A stretch of DNA of 63,225 bases, filler included, from Octopus bimaculoides (taxonomy: Eukaryota): NCBI RefSeq assembly GCF_001194135.2. It is 3 parts of 3 records of this genome, joined end to end, with 100 filler letters (N's around TTAATTAATTAA, not from the genome) between each part and the next. Parts side by side here need not be neighbours in the genome. Positions count along the whole stretch, not along the records: positions 1 to 31,796 come from NC_069003.1; 2 more parts are not named here. One strand, written 5' to 3'. Positions 1-12,904 of the stretch are shown piece after piece. A program made the translations under genes and the position numbers. Numbering within the stretch: position 1 is the stretch's first letter; every line of letters begins with the position of its first letter. The notes below the pieces were generated by a model. It saw only the letters and a program-made list of their open reading frames with translations, searched no databases and was not told where the DNA came from.

Positions 1-461
1 GTCTGGCACCACAAGGATGGCTGGCAGGAAAGTTGAGACTCTAATGCTAATCTCCAAACCACCATTAACTCATACCACAGCATTAACTCATACCACACAC
101 TCGTCACTCACCACCTCCATTCCCGCCGTTCTACTCTACCCGCCACCAGCCACTACACTCCCTCCCCCAACCAACCAGACACCCGCCTGCCCACCGCCCG
201 CTGCCCGCTCTCTCCCTCCTTCTCTGGCGCACACCATACTTGTTCTTCTGGATGAATGACGAAAATCAGATTTGATTAGTCTCGGCAGGATTTGAAACAT
301 GAACTGTCTGACTGAAATGTTAAAAAAGCAGTGTAAGGATATTCACAGAACTCACGTGAAAAGCCGTTAGGTTGTTGCTCGAAATAGATGCTAAATCTCC
401 CTCAAATTACACCCCACTGTCGTAAACAAAAAATAAATGGAAGAAATGTTTGGATCGGTCC

Positions 462-654
462 TGTCATGGCTGTGTGGTTTAAGGAGCTCGCTTTGCAAAC
501 ACACGGTTTCCGGTTCAGTCTCATTGCGCGGCATCTTGAAGAAAGGAACTCTACTAAGGTCCCGGGTCGACCAATGACTCGCGAGTGAATCTGGTAGACG
601 GAAATTGTACGGAAGCCTATCGTATATATGTATGTATATGTGGGTTTGCCTGCA

Positions 655-687
<33 letters not shown>

Positions 688-783
688 ATGTGCGTGTGTG
701 TATGAGTGTCCCATCACTACCACTATCACCACCACCACTTGACGACCGGCGTTGGTTTGTTTGTTTCGATCGTAACTTAGCGC
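462..783 (+). mobile_element. SINE family A (tRNA-like head, core, (TA/TG)n linker, 3' tail), diverged copy
   Basis: Begins ...tcatggctgtgtggtttaaggagctcgc and continues tggtagacggaaattg then cttgacgaccggcgttgg. Colinear with the better-preserved copy at 3846-4250. Confidence 0.7.
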
Positions 784-829
784 TCACACACACAAACACA
801 CACACACACACACACATATTTATATATAG

Positions 830-1004
830 GGCGGGTTTTCACACAGCTTCCGTTTCTGTTTACCAAATCGACTCACATGTCATTGATCGGTCGGGAACTA
901 CAGTATAAGACACTTGCCCAAGATGCTGCACAGTGGGATCGAATCCGAAACCACGCGGACTCGGGGATTCAAAGCGAAGTTTCTTAACCACACAGCCATG
1001 CCCG
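830..1004 (-). mobile_element. SINE family A, 5' half
   Basis: Reverse complement of the family A head/core (cacttgcccaagatgctgcacagtgggatcgaatccgaaaccac...accacacagccatgccc). Confidence 0.75.
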
Positions 1005-1460
1005 ATCCAAAGCTACTTGTCTTTCGAACAACATTTTCCGAAAATTTTTCAAGATTCAACGCTGATTAATCAACGCCAAGCAACGATGCTCAGCCAGACA
1101 CCAGTATTAGCGACACCCTAACAGCGATTCCGAATACCTTACCTGGTGCTGTTACTGTAAACACAGCAAATAACACCCAGCTTTCTTGATGGAATCAAGA
1201 CACTTGTTGCAACATGTCAACTTATTAGAAGATAAATAGAAATTAAAATCTATTTGCGTTTCTCCAAGTATCTTGTTTCACCGTTGGTTAATTTGTCCTG
1301 TATGTGTGTTCAACACAGCGGCGCCAATGTTTTTGCTACATGTAGCGTCCAACAAATGAGGTAACTAAGATGTCGCGTTCGCATTCTGTTTCACCAACGA
1401 CTATAGGACCAATGTAACACACACACACACATGTATGTATGTGTGTATATATATTATGTA

Positions 1461-1638
1461 TTCTTTTATTTGTTTCGGTCATTTGACTGCAGCCATGCTG
1501 GAGCACCGCTTTGAAGGGTTTTAGTCGAAGAAATCGACCCAGGACTTGTTCTTTGTAAGCCTAGTACTTATTCTAACGGTCTATTTTGCCGAACTACTAA
1601 GTTACGGGGACATAAACACACCAACATCGGTTGTCAAG
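1461..1638 (-). mobile_element. SINE family A, 3' half
   Basis: catttgactgcagccatgctggagcaccgc...cctagtacttattct...gttacggggacataaacacaccaacatcggttgtcaag is the reverse complement of the tail of the 3846-4250 copy. Confidence 0.85.
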
Positions 1639-1739
1639 AATAATCCACTGGTTTAATACGCGAAGGTTCGTGCGTTAGTGATTGGTGGTTAGGGGTGTTG
1701 GATTCACGATTAAAATGTCGCAGTTTCGGTTCCCAGATT

Positions 1740-2151
1740 GGGCGGCGAGCTGGTAGAATCGTTAGCACACTGGTAAAATGCTTAGCATCATTTCGTCCAT
1801 CTTTACGTTCTGAGTTCAAATTCCGCCGAAGTCGATTTTAGCTTTCATCCTTTCGGGGGTCGATTTAATCGACTTACCCGCCAACCACCGAAATTGCTGA
1901 CCTTGTGCAAAATGTTTTAGATATTATCTCCTCATCCACTCAGGCGTCGAGCTGACAGAGTTCTTAGCACGTCTTTACGTCCTGAGTTCAAATTGTGGTT
2001 CAAAGGTCGTTTTTGCCTTTTAACCCCTCGGGGGCGGTAAAATAAGTACCAGTTGAATTATCGAATTATCCACACCCCATCCCTAGTATTGCTGGCCTTG
2101 TGCCAAAACTTGAAATTGCCTTTACGTTCTGATTTCGAATCCCGCCGAGGT
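1740..2151 (+). mobile_element. Head-to-tail run of SINE family B (two copies plus a fragment of a third)
   Basis: ggcggcgagctggtagaatcgttagcac...gagttcaaattccgccga...ctttcatcctttcggggg, repeated at ~1740, ~1945 and ~2120. Pol III A/B-box-like motifs. Confidence 0.8.
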
Positions 2152-3020
2152 NNNNNNNNNNNNNNNNNNNNNNNNNNNNNNNNNNNNNNNNNNNNNNNNN
2201 NNNNNNNNNNNNNNNNNNNNNNNNNNNNNNNNNNNNNNNNNNNNNNNNNNNNNNNNNNNNNNNNNNNNNNNNNNNNNNNNNNNNNNNNNNNNNNNNNNNN
2301 NNNNNNNNNNNNNNNNNNNNNNNNNNNNNNNNNNNNNNNNNNNNNNNNNNNNNNNNNNNNNNNNNNNNNNNNNNNNNNNNNNNNNNNNNNNNNNNNNNNN
2401 NNNNNNNNNNNNNNNNNNNNNNNNNNNNNNNNNNNNNNNNNNNNNNNNNNNNNNNNNNNNNNNNNNNNNNNNNNNNNNNNNNNNNNNNNNNNNNNNNNNN
2501 NNNNNNNNNNNNNNNNNNNNNNNNNNNNNNNNNNNNNNNNNNNNNNNNNNNNNNNNNNNNNNNNNNNNNNNNNNNNNNNNNNNNNNNNNNNNNNNNNNNN
2601 NNNNNNNNNNNNNNNNNNNNNNNNNNNNNNNNNNNNNNNNNNNNNNNNNNNNNNNNNNNNNNNNNNNNNNNNNNNNNNNNNNNNNNNNNNNNNNNNNNNN
2701 NNNNNNNNNNNNNNNNNNNNNNNNNNNNNNNNNNNNNNNNNNNNNNNNNNNNNNNNNNNNNNNNNNNNNNNNNNNNNNNNNNNNNNNNNNNNNNNNNNNN
2801 NNNNNNNNNNNNNNNNNNNNNNNNNNNNNNNNNNNNNNNNNNNNNNNNNNNNNNNNNNNNNNNNNNNNNNNNNNNNNNNNNNNNNNNNNNNNNNNNNNNN
2901 NNNNNNNNNNNNNNNNNNNNNNNNNNNNNNNNNNNNNNNNNNNNNNNNNNNNNNNNNNNNNNNNNNNNNNNNNNNNNNNNNNNNNNNNNNNNNNNNNNNN
3001 NNNNNNNNNNNNNNNNNNNN

Positions 3021-3053
3021 GTTGGGGAGGGGCAAATACAGACACACAAACAT

Positions 3054-3099
<46 letters not shown>

Positions 3100-3233
3100 G
3101 ACGGGCTTCTTTCAGTTTCCGTCTACCAAATCCACTCACAAGTAGAAGACAGTTGCCCAAGGTGCCATGCAGTGGGACTGAACCCGGAACCATGTGGTTG
3201 GTAAGCAAGCTACTTACCACACAGTCACTCCTA
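3021..3233 (-). mobile_element. SINE family A
   Basis: acgacgggcttctttcagtttccgtctaccaaatccactcac...cccaaggtgccatgcagtgggactgaacccggaacc...ttaccacacag. Confidence 0.85.
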
Positions 3234-3845
3234 TCATTATTTATTTATTTATTTATTTATTTTGTTTTGATTCGGTCTGGAGCCAGTACTCTTTCATACC
3301 GCTGTTCGGCGTGTTTATTAAATCTGAACTCCAAGAGCTCCAGAGAATCAACGCTTACTAAGCACCGTTTCCGCAGCATGGAGTAAATAAGATGCTAGCG
3401 ATTGAAGGGTATGGTTTGCTGTGTTTTATTATGGACCTCCTAATATAATTATTTTTAAAACTATTTTACAATATTTTGTTTTATTTTTTCGTGTTAACAA
3501 AGATAAAAAGCTTTCGCAAATGCCATTTGCATACATGGTGGAGGAATAGTTTTGACATGTGGATATCATTCTGAAAAATCTCATCCACTCAGCTGTGAAT
3601 CAGCGTGGAATCGCCTTTATCAGACTGAGACAGGCAGGGTTGATAAGCCTTGACGAGAAGCCCGACTATTGCTGCACAAGGCACTATGAAGAGACTGTAG
3701 GTGGTCGGTTTGATAGGCTAAAAATAGAAGCCAAATCTTCCCCCGTTCACTCCTACATCGTCTTAGAAAAGGAAAGGATATACATTATATGATGTACTTC
3801 TAGGTACACTAGTTCAAAGAAAACATGTTTGAATATGAAAATATA

Positions 3846-4250
3846 GGCGCAGGAGTGGATGCGTGGTAAGAAGCTTGCTTCCCAACCACGTGGTTCCAAG
3901 TTCAGTCCCACTGCATGGCACCTTGGGCAAGTGTTTTCAACTATAGCCTCGGGCCGACTAAAACCTTGTGAGTGGATTTGGTAGACGGAAACTGAAAGAA
4001 GCCCGTCGTATATATACATGTATGTACGTGTGGGGGGGGGGTGTTTATGTCTGTGTTTGTCCCCCACCACCGCTTGACAACCGGTGTTGGTGTGTTTACG
4101 TCCCTGTGACTTAGCGGTTCGGTAAGAGAGACCGATAGAATAAGTACTAGGCTTACAAAGAACAAGTCCTGGGTTTGATTACTTCGACTAAAAGGAGATG
4201 TTCTAGCATGGGCGCAGTCAAACGAATGAAACAAGTAAAATAATAAAAGA
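3846..4250 (+). mobile_element. SINE family A, full-length reference copy
   Basis: ggcgcaggagtggatgcgtggtaag (A box), ttcagtcccact (B box-like), ggcaccttgggcaagtgt core, microsatellite linker, then tail ending gcagtcaaacgaatgaaacaagtaaaa. Confidence 0.9.
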
Positions 4251-4594
4251 TATATATATATATATACACATATATATTTACGAGCGTTTTATGTATGTGT
4301 GTATATGTATACTCAAGCATGTATGTATACATATATTTGTGTGCGCGTATACGCTCTCATGCGTTTATATACATCCAACGGATTGCTTAGAATACAAATA
4401 GTTTCTCACACTTTGTATATAATAAAACTGGCGATGCCAAAACAAAACAAAAGAACAAAAGAAACAAAAAAAAACATTTAATGGAGATGATTTATAAGTA
4501 GGTACTGTAGAGACATGAAAATATGAAACCGTAACAGTGTTTCCTCTTTCAATGATACTGTCTCTGTCGAAAGAGAGATGCTCTAATGACACCC

Positions 4595-4643
<49 letters not shown>

Positions 4644-5104
4644 GATGATGATGGTTATTGAGAGGATGATGGTGCTAACGGACGAGGTTTGAGGAGGCAA
4701 ACAGAGGCACTTGTGATATTTGGTAAACTGATGATATCATATATCAGTGCCATTTAGATAAATAGGAAACGGGATTGGGTAGGCATATTGAAATAAGCGT
4801 ATAATACATACTCTATAAATCATACGTGTGTGTGTGTGTGTGTATAAAATATTATATTATATATTTATGTACACGCGTACACACACACATATATATATGG
4901 GGTGGGGGCTGTACTATACAGACATAATTACACAAAGTATGTAGTCTTTATATACACAAACACATATACACACACACATGGCAACACAATTATTTATATA
5001 CAAACAAATATAAATATGTATATATGCATAAAAAATACACATTAAACAGAGTTCCATATTTCAAATGAATGCACTCACACACACACACAAACACAAATAT
5101 ATAT

Positions 5105-5160
<56 letters not shown>

Positions 5161-5199
5161 NNNNNNNNNNTGCCTATCTATCTGTGTATACCTTTTTGG

Positions 5200-5460
5200 A
5201 GACCTTATCGCATACACGTGTATGCCATAAGGCCTGCAAATTTAACGGAGGCCCCAAAAGATATTTTAAGACCCACAAAGATCAGAATTCCACTGCAGCT
5301 CTTGGTGGTCCAAATCAGATATGCAGATCTATGTGGGTGGCTTTTCAATACATTGTCTGGTTTAAAAAGCCACACTAGACGCCGTGATAGATCTGAGATG
5401 TAGGTACAAGAAGTGATCAAACTGTGCATAAGGTGTAGACAACCACTACGTATGTATGTA
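5200..5460 (+). mobile_element. RTE-like LINE 3' end with degenerate C2H2 zinc-finger remnants
   Basis: Translates (with a frameshift) HTRVCHKACKFNGGPKRYFKTHK and DLCGWLFNTLSGLKSHTRR*. Short 3' UTR and a (TATG)n tail. Resembles the C..CGR.F.S..GL.SH.R finger at the end of RTE ORF2. Confidence 0.6.
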
Positions 5461-6700
5461 AATATGAATGTACGTTCCTTTCTAAACTCTTTTAAATTTA
5501 GTTTCGACTGGTCACCTCCTTGATAGGAAAGTTGTAAAGGAAAGAGTCTTGTCTCAATTATCCCCCTTTAAATCTTATGAAGGCCTTGCAGATTTCTATA
5601 GTCCCAGATATTGTGGTCATTCGTAGCATATGAATTAAGGAGTTGAGTTCTTCCCCTAAAAACCCAAGTTTACCCACCCATGCTTTGCTCCAGGCAGGGC
5701 TGGTATGTATTCTGTTATGTATTCTGTTGCTGTGTATGTGTGTATATGTAGATATGTAGCATGAGAGCCTGGGTTCAATCCTATTGCAAGATGTCTTTTA
5801 CCGTAGCCATGAGTTGATCCAAGAAACATTTTTTTGAAAAACATTGTTTCAACGAGCAATGAAACGCAGGTGACATAGTGTTGGCGAGGAGTTGTTTCTT
5901 GGAACAAACTTGTGAGTAGAAGAGAGAGAGAGAGAGAGAGGTAAATATATATATATGTATATACATATATGTGTGTGTGTGTAGACAGATATATATATAT
6001 GTAGATAGATACACAAATACAGAGAGAGAGAGAGAGGAAGAGAGAGAAATAGCAAAGGTTGAACAACGATGCAGAGGCTTACAGAGGAGAAGAAGCGCTA
6101 CAGATTATCGGTACCTTCTTTTGACAATTGTCTACTGCTGCTTCTTTGAGGATTAGAAAGGAATTAAAAATGGTAAAAACAGAGAAAAAAACCTAAAACA
6201 AACAAACAAAAAAACTCAATAAAAAGCAAAAATGAAGACAATGAATAAGAATTAATCCTCTTTCTTTTTACACTGCAGCTGATTTACATTAATAAGTGCA
6301 GTTTCCTCTAATTCTTGACATATTCGCAGTTAGGAACCGTTGCAGCTTATGGCGTACATGTGTGTATTTCTATACACTTATGTATGTGTACGTATTGTGT
6401 ACATATATATATATGTATGTATGTATGTGTGTGTGTGTGCTTTGTATGTGCTTAAGCATATACATAAATTAAGGTGAGGGTTTTTCTGCACATGCCTCTG
6501 TGTGTGCGTGTGTGTGTGTGTGTTATATGTAAACACATGAGTGTACGTGAGAGAGAGTGTGTGTGTGTGTGTGTGTGTATGCATAAATCTACGCGTAGGT
6601 AAGTTTCTCTGCACAAGTATATGTATTTATATACTGATGGGATTTATGTGGGTGTGAGAGTAAGTGCGTGTGTGTGTTTGTGTGTGTATATATATGTATG

Positions 6701-6745
<45 letters not shown>

Positions 6746-7389
6746 ATTTATGCATTTGTGGGGCTGAGTATATGTTTTTAGATGTGGTGTGTTCGCGCAT
6801 ACACGTGTATCTATAAGGGATATGTATGTGTGAGTGTGCTCGTGTATGTGTGTGTGTGTGTGTGCAAATGTGGATTTCAGCACACCATTCTTCATGTAGA
6901 ATATGGAATACCTTCAAATAAAAAAAAAAAAATCTCTTAAAACTTCCAGTGCTTTCCAAATAATACCATCGTAACACCATCACTACCACCACCACCACCA
7001 CCATTTTGCATTGTCATCAACATTCACTACTACTACTACTACTGCTACTACTACTACTACTACTACTACTACTGTTAGCATTAAAAGACACAGTATCATT
7101 CCTAAATGTAGCGCCAATAAAAATTGCCATCGTTTATGTCAAGCCAATGAAGGAGTCCCTAAGTGGTCAGTCATTGTGCTAGAAAGAGCCACCAAAGTTT
7201 CACTCACATCACACTCTATCTTCTTAAAAAATTAGAAGTGATTGCCACAGTTGGAATGCTTTATGTACTATATCTGGTTATCCACGACTGATCTGTGTGG
7301 CTGAGCAACCATCGTCGGTATATAAAAGTGCGTGTGTGTATAAACGCATATGGAAATCACTCAGCTCTGCGTGTATTGTTTCCTATATA

Positions 7390-7614
7390 CAGTAATCCCT
7401 TGACTATCGCAGGTGTTCCATTCCAGAACCCCCGCTGTGGTAGGTGAAAATCCACAAAGTAGAAACAGCACTGTACTGTATATTTTTCTGTATTATTTTT
7501 ATAATTTGTATATATTTATTTTATTATAAATGCAAAACAACACCACGGAGGAATTGATGTAGGCGTAAGTAATAAACCGCGATAGGTGAACCACGATAAG
7601 GTGAGGGATTACTG
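7390..7614. mobile_element. Tigger/pogo-like MITE (Tc1/mariner superfamily), copy 1
   Basis: TIRs cagtaatcccttgactatcgc ... cgataaggtgagggattactg, flanked by TA on both sides. Confidence 0.85.
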
Positions 7615-7660
7615 TATGTATGTATGTATGTATGTATGTATGAATGAATGTCTGTATGTA

Positions 7661-8275
7661 CAGTAATCCTTTGGCTATCGTAGGTGTTATGTTCCAAAAC
7701 CCTACTGCGAAAGGTGAAAATCTGTGACGTAGAAGCAGTACTGTATTGTGTGGAGGCGCAATGGCCCACTGGTTAGGGCAGCGGACTCGCGGTCATAGGA
7801 TCGCGGTTTCGATTCCCAGACCGGGCGTTGTGAGTGTTTATTGAGTGAAAATACCTAAAGCTCCACGAGGCTCCGGCAGGGGGATGGTAGCGAACCCTGC
7901 TGTACTCTTCCACCACAACTTTCTCTCACTCTTACTTCCTGTATCTGTTGTGTCTGTAATTCAAAGGGTCAGCCTTGTCACACTGTGTCAGGCTGAATAT
8001 CCCCTGAGAACTATGTTAAGGGTACACGTGTCTGTGGAGTGCTCAGCCACTTGCACTTTAATTTCATGAGCAGGCTGTTCCGTTGATCGGATCAACTAGA
8101 ACCTTCGACGTCATAAGCGACAGAGTGCCAACACACTGTATTGTATATTTTTTAAAATTATTTTTATAATTTGTATATATTTATCTTATTATAAATGCAA
8201 AACAACATCATGGAGGAATCGACGTAAGCATAATGATAAACCGTAAAAGGCAAACTGTGATATGGAGAGGATGTA
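7661..8275. mobile_element. Same MITE, copy 2, interrupted by a SINE
   Basis: Starts cagtaatcctttggctatcgtagg. Internal sequence matching copy 1 resumes at 8135 (ttttataatttgtatatattta...ataaatgcaaaacaaca). Right TIR decayed. Confidence 0.75.
7750..8134 (+). mobile_element. tRNA-derived SINE family D, full length, with 10-bp TSD
   Basis: tRNA-like head ggcgcaatggcccactggttagggcagcggactcgc...ggtttcgattccc. TSD actgtattgt at 7740-7749 and 8135-8144. Confidence 0.9.
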
Positions 8276-8276
8276 A

Positions 8277-8600
8277 TCACACCAGTTACGGGGACATAAA
8301 CACACCAGTTATGGGGACGTAAACACACCAGTTACGGGGACGTAAACACACCAATTACGGGGACGTAAACACACCAGCGTCGGTTGTCAAGCGATGTTGG
8401 GGGGGGGACAAACACAGACATACAAACACATATATATACATATATACAACGGGCTTCTTTCAGTTTCCATCTACCAAATCCACTCACAAGGCTTGGAGGC
8501 TATAGTAGAAGACACTTGCCCAAAGTGCCACGCAGTGGGACTGAACCCAGAACCATGTGGTTCGTAAGCAAGCTACTTACCACACAGCCACTCCTACGCC
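8277..8600 (-). mobile_element. SINE family A, 3'-truncated, with four copies of a 23-bp tandem unit at the truncated end
   Basis: acaccagttacggggacgtaaac repeated at 8277-8375, then the family A body to ccactcctacgcc. Confidence 0.85.
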
Positions 8601-8615
8601 TGTATATACATATGC

Positions 8616-8649
<34 letters not shown>

Positions 8650-9109
8650 CTGTATGTATATATACATATATATATATATACATATTTATACATATATGTA
8701 TATATATGTGTGTGTATATATATATATATATATACATATATATATCCATTTATCTCTATCTTTCTATACACTGCGCACACACTGAGATATACATCTTAAC
8801 AAGGTAAGCACTGCATTGTGTAATATGCTCTAGCCCAGCTCCAGTGACTAGTGATAAGCCAATAAAAGCTAAGTGCAACACAGAGCTTTGTGCCATTAAC
8901 ACAGTGTGCTTAGCCGTAGACAGGATCCATTTATAAAAGAGTTAAGGAGTAAAGTAGTATTATTCCTCTAAAGTTATTAACAGCTTGCATGGTACCTCGC
9001 CGAAGAGTTTTTATCAGCAATTACCATGTTGCAAAACTTCCTGGCAAGATTTCCTATCTTAAATCCTATATAATCTGTCCAATGTTACACAAGAAATTGC
9101 AAATGAGTG

Positions 9110-9462
9110 AATGAGAGAGAGAGGGGAGGGGGAGAAAGATAGAGGGAGGGAGGGAGAGAGAAAGAAAAGGGGAGAAAGAGAGAGAGAGAGATAGAAAGAG
9201 GAAGAGAAAGTGAGAGAGAGAGAGAGAAAGAGAGGGGGAGAAGGAGAGAGAGAGAAAGAGAAAGATAGAGAAAGAGGGAGAGAAAGAAAGGGAGAGAGGG
9301 GTGAGAGAGAGAGAGATAGGGAGAGAGAGAAAGAAAGGGAAGAAGAGAAAGAGAGAGGAAAAGAAAGAGAGAGATAGAGAGGAGAGAAAGAGAGAGGGAG
9401 AGAAAGAGAGAGGGAGAGAAAGGGAGAGAGAGGAAGAGAAAGAGAAACAGCGAGGAAGAGAG
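9110..9462. repeat. (GA)n-rich polypurine tract
   Basis: About 350 bp of almost pure A/G. Confidence 0.95.
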
Positions 9463-9473
9463 TGTGCGTGAAC

Positions 9474-9523
<50 letters not shown>

Positions 9524-9851
9524 AATATATATATCTATGATTATATGGATTAAAACAGAAATGAAAATGCAAAACGTTTGGCATCACTCAGAAAAAAAAT
9601 CCATTTCACTTAGAAAATATAAACATATAGAATATCTTACAATGTATGTGATTATGTGTATATAATATATGTATGTGTGTGCTTGTATGTGTACGTGTGC
9701 AACTGCGTTATTATGTGCATATAAATATTCACTTGTATGCACATGCATGTACATACATGTGCTTATGTGCACACATGCATATAGACTTGAACAGGTTTGT
9801 ATTTTGTACACGTATGCAGTCTATACACATATATTATATATATCAAAATTG

Positions 9852-10340
9852 CTGACGTGGCCGATGACGGTACCACCTGATTGGCACTCATGCCACTGGA
9901 ACATTAAATGCACTATCCGAGCGTGATTGTTGCCAGGGTCGCTGACTGGCTCCCATGCCGGTGGCATCTGAAAAGCACCATTCGAGCGTGATCATTACCA
10001 GCGTCACCTTACTGGAGCATATGCCGGTGGCACGTGAAAATCAACATTCTAGCATGGTCATTGCCAAGTGCCGCTGGATTAGCTCCCGTGCAGGTGGCAC
10101 GTAAAAACACCTTTTGAGCGTGGTCGTTGCCAGTACCGGCTGACTGGACCTCATGCTGGTGGAACATAAAAGCACTCACTACACTCTGAGTGGTTGGCAT
10201 TCGGAAGGGCATCCAGCTGTAGAAAGTTTGCCAGATCAGATTAGAGCCTAGTGCAGCCATCTGGCTCGCTAGTCCTCAGTCAAACCGTCTGACCCATGCC
10301 AGCATGGAAAGCAAACGTTAAACGACGACGACGATGACGA
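9852..10340 (+). mobile_element. RTE LINE 3' UTR with ~60-bp internal tandem units and a (GAC/GAT)n tail
   Basis: Units gagcgtgatcgttgccag...ggtggcacgtaaaagcacc, followed by gagtggttggcattcggaagggcatccagctgtagaaa...ccatgccagcatggaaagcaaacgttaaacgacgacga. The same UTR follows an RTE ORF end at 22.5 kb. Confidence 0.8.
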
Positions 10341-11994
10341 TATATATATGTATGTGTGTGTGCATATATACATATATATGTATACATATATACATATGTG
10401 TATATATATATATATATACATGTGTATACATATATACATATGTGTATATATATATATACATGTGTATACATATATATGTGTATATATATATACGTGTATA
10501 TATATATGTATATATGTAGAGAAAGAGGGAGATGAAGGCTTCCTTACAGTTTCCATATATAAAATTTCAAAATCCTATTTGCAACATATTGGTGGAAGAC
10601 CATTATTTAAGGTCCAGTGTAGTAGTAATTATGGTAGTTGTGTGTATACAGAAATGAATTTGAACTCAAATTCTAACTTCTTCATCTAGGCCAAGGTCCA
10701 TGGCATCCAGAGTGGTGATAAAAGTAATTGAAATCAAGCTAATATGGAGGTAGAAAGAAAGGTAAACAAATGTAATTAGACTTGAAGTGTATTTACATGG
10801 AGCATAAAAAATACAGAATACACATATAGAAAAAAAGTATATCAAGATTACATACTTCCTTAACTGAACAGCTGTTTCAAGGAGACAAGGTTTATGTAAT
10901 AACCATAATTTACATTTGATAAAGGTATCAAGCCTTGCAAAGAGACTTACTGCAATAACGTCATCTGATTGGTCACCTGTTGCATACCTATGAATTTATG
11001 CATATATTTCCAGTAAATGATGGTAATTACATAAGTCTTGGCTCACTGAAACAGCTGTCAAGAACATATTTCATAATTTCTGTATATATATATATTTTTT
11101 AATCTTTTTCTGTACCTTTTGTGCTCTATGTAAATATGTGTAGCACACCAAACTGTGTTTATCTACCTTACTATCTTTCTGTGCGTGTGTGAGTGTGTGG
11201 ATATATTTGTGTGTATATATAAAATATTAAATAATAATGAACAAAGTGAATTTGTGTGTATTAATTAATTAATTCATATGAATTGATAATATAATGTCTT
11301 TATTTAGACTGTCTTCAGACAGGAGAAAATTAAATTTCATGATTTATTTTTTCAAAGTTTTTTTAAACCAAAGAAATAAAGAGAAACTTAAGAATTGAAG
11401 ACAAAAAAAAAACATGATAGCAAAAACCAAAAGAAATAACAATAACAACAATAATAATTATGCTAAACTACTTTTGTAGTAAGGCAATATGAGAAAAATG
11501 GTTTTTAGGTGAAAAAAAAAAGCATTAGAAAAAGACCCTATAACAGAGGGGGGGGGGGGGCAGAAGGAGAAAAAAGGAAAGAAAAAATAAACAAAAATTG
11601 ATTGATCTACTCCACCCTATCATAAAAAGAAGAACCAAAAAACTGCACTACACCAAGCTATGCCAGACCAGACCACCACTCCTGTTAATTCCTAAATAAA
11701 CTATGATGTAATCTGTTATATATATATATATATATTTACATAAAAACATACATATACATACATATATGCATACATACATATATAGACATGCATATATATA
11801 TATATGCATATATATATATACATATACATACATGTATATATATATATAAATGTATACATATATATATATACATGTATACATATATATACATACGTACATA
11901 TATACATATATATATACATACATATATATACATACGTACATATATACATACATATATATACATACGTACATATATACATACATATATACATATG

Positions 11995-12250
11995 TTTCCT
12001 TAACTCGGTCATAATGTGATGGTTGTAAATGAGTGCCTCTGTCGTACAAGCAGTGTGCGTAATGCATTTCCAATAATTCTGCAAAAACGTGTCCAGCCAC
12101 TGGGGGAATATATTCCCTCACTTGAAAACAGATGGGGGTTGGTAACAGGAAGGGCAGCCAACCATAGAAAAAATCTGCCTGAATAAACTCCATCTGAACT
12201 GTTCAAGCATGGAAAAGTGGACATTAAAATGACGATGATGATGATGATAA
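11995..12250 (+). mobile_element. Non-autonomous element sharing the RTE 3' tail
   Basis: gggttggtaacaggaagggcagccaaccatagaaa...caagcatggaaaagtggacattaaaatgacgatgatgatg. Confidence 0.6.
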
Positions 12251-12732
12251 TGAAGATGGTTATTTTTGGGAGGAAATTAAAAGATGAAATTTAATGGGAT
12301 TTTATTTTGAGCAAGGATGCAAGAGAGAAAGAGAGAGAGAGAGAAAAGCAGGCATACTACCCCACTCGCCACATTTTATTTTTTAATTTTTTTTTTTTCA
12401 TATTTTACAAATACAATGACTTGCATACTAAAATTTCTGAAAAAATTTTTAAAAAATAAAGGAGAAAAAAAATCAATTTGAAATGCTTATCTTCATTTAT
12501 TATGATTTCAACAGAATGTGAAAAATGACAAGAATGGTATTTTAATCTAGGAATTATAGATGTGATGAAATATGTATAGGCGCAGGCATGGCTGTGTGGT
12601 AAGGAGCTGGCTTTCCAACCACATGGTTTGGGGTTCAGTCCCACTGTGTGGCACCTTGGGTGTCTTCTACTAAAGCCTCAAGCTGACTAAAGCCTTGTGA
12701 GTGGATTTGGTAGATGGAAACTGAAAGAAGCC

Positions 12733-12904
12733 TTAGAAAAATTAATATTTCTAAATCTCATAACATGAGATATTCAGCAACAATACTTTGTAGTAAAGAT
12801 TGTTTGCCAACATAACATGGCAGTCCTCGTTTAGGACGAATGTTGCTGTAATTAAGCTCCAGTCCTAAACCAGGACTGCCATGTTATGTTGGTAAACAAT
12901 CTTT
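12733..12904. other. 172-bp insertion with a 46-bp-arm fold-back, flanked by a 13-bp direct repeat
   Basis: actgaaagaagcc at 12720-12732 and 12905-12917. Arms 12792-12837 and 12862-12907 are reverse complements with 2 mismatches. Confidence 0.85.

Noticed and set aside
1146-1223. Minus-strand exon with good splice signals
   Set aside because: Stops in all three frames; it could only be UTR, and there is no support for that.
2053-3220. Long ORFs of 300-385 aa (also 19.5, 20.7, 22.6, 28.0, 52.7 and 61.9 kb)
   Set aside because: They consist of N-gaps translated as X plus microsatellite-derived IY/TH/CV runs.
7755-7825. tRNA genes (also 17095-17165 and 52400-52465)
   Set aside because: Heads of SINE-like elements. 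Acceptor stems are not closed and the sequence continues into repeat bodies.
9852-10200. CRISPR-like array of ~60-bp repeats (also 18.2 and 22.7 kb)
   Set aside because: Units are contiguous and similar along their whole length. There are no unique spacers and no cas genes, and they belong to a LINE 3' UTR.
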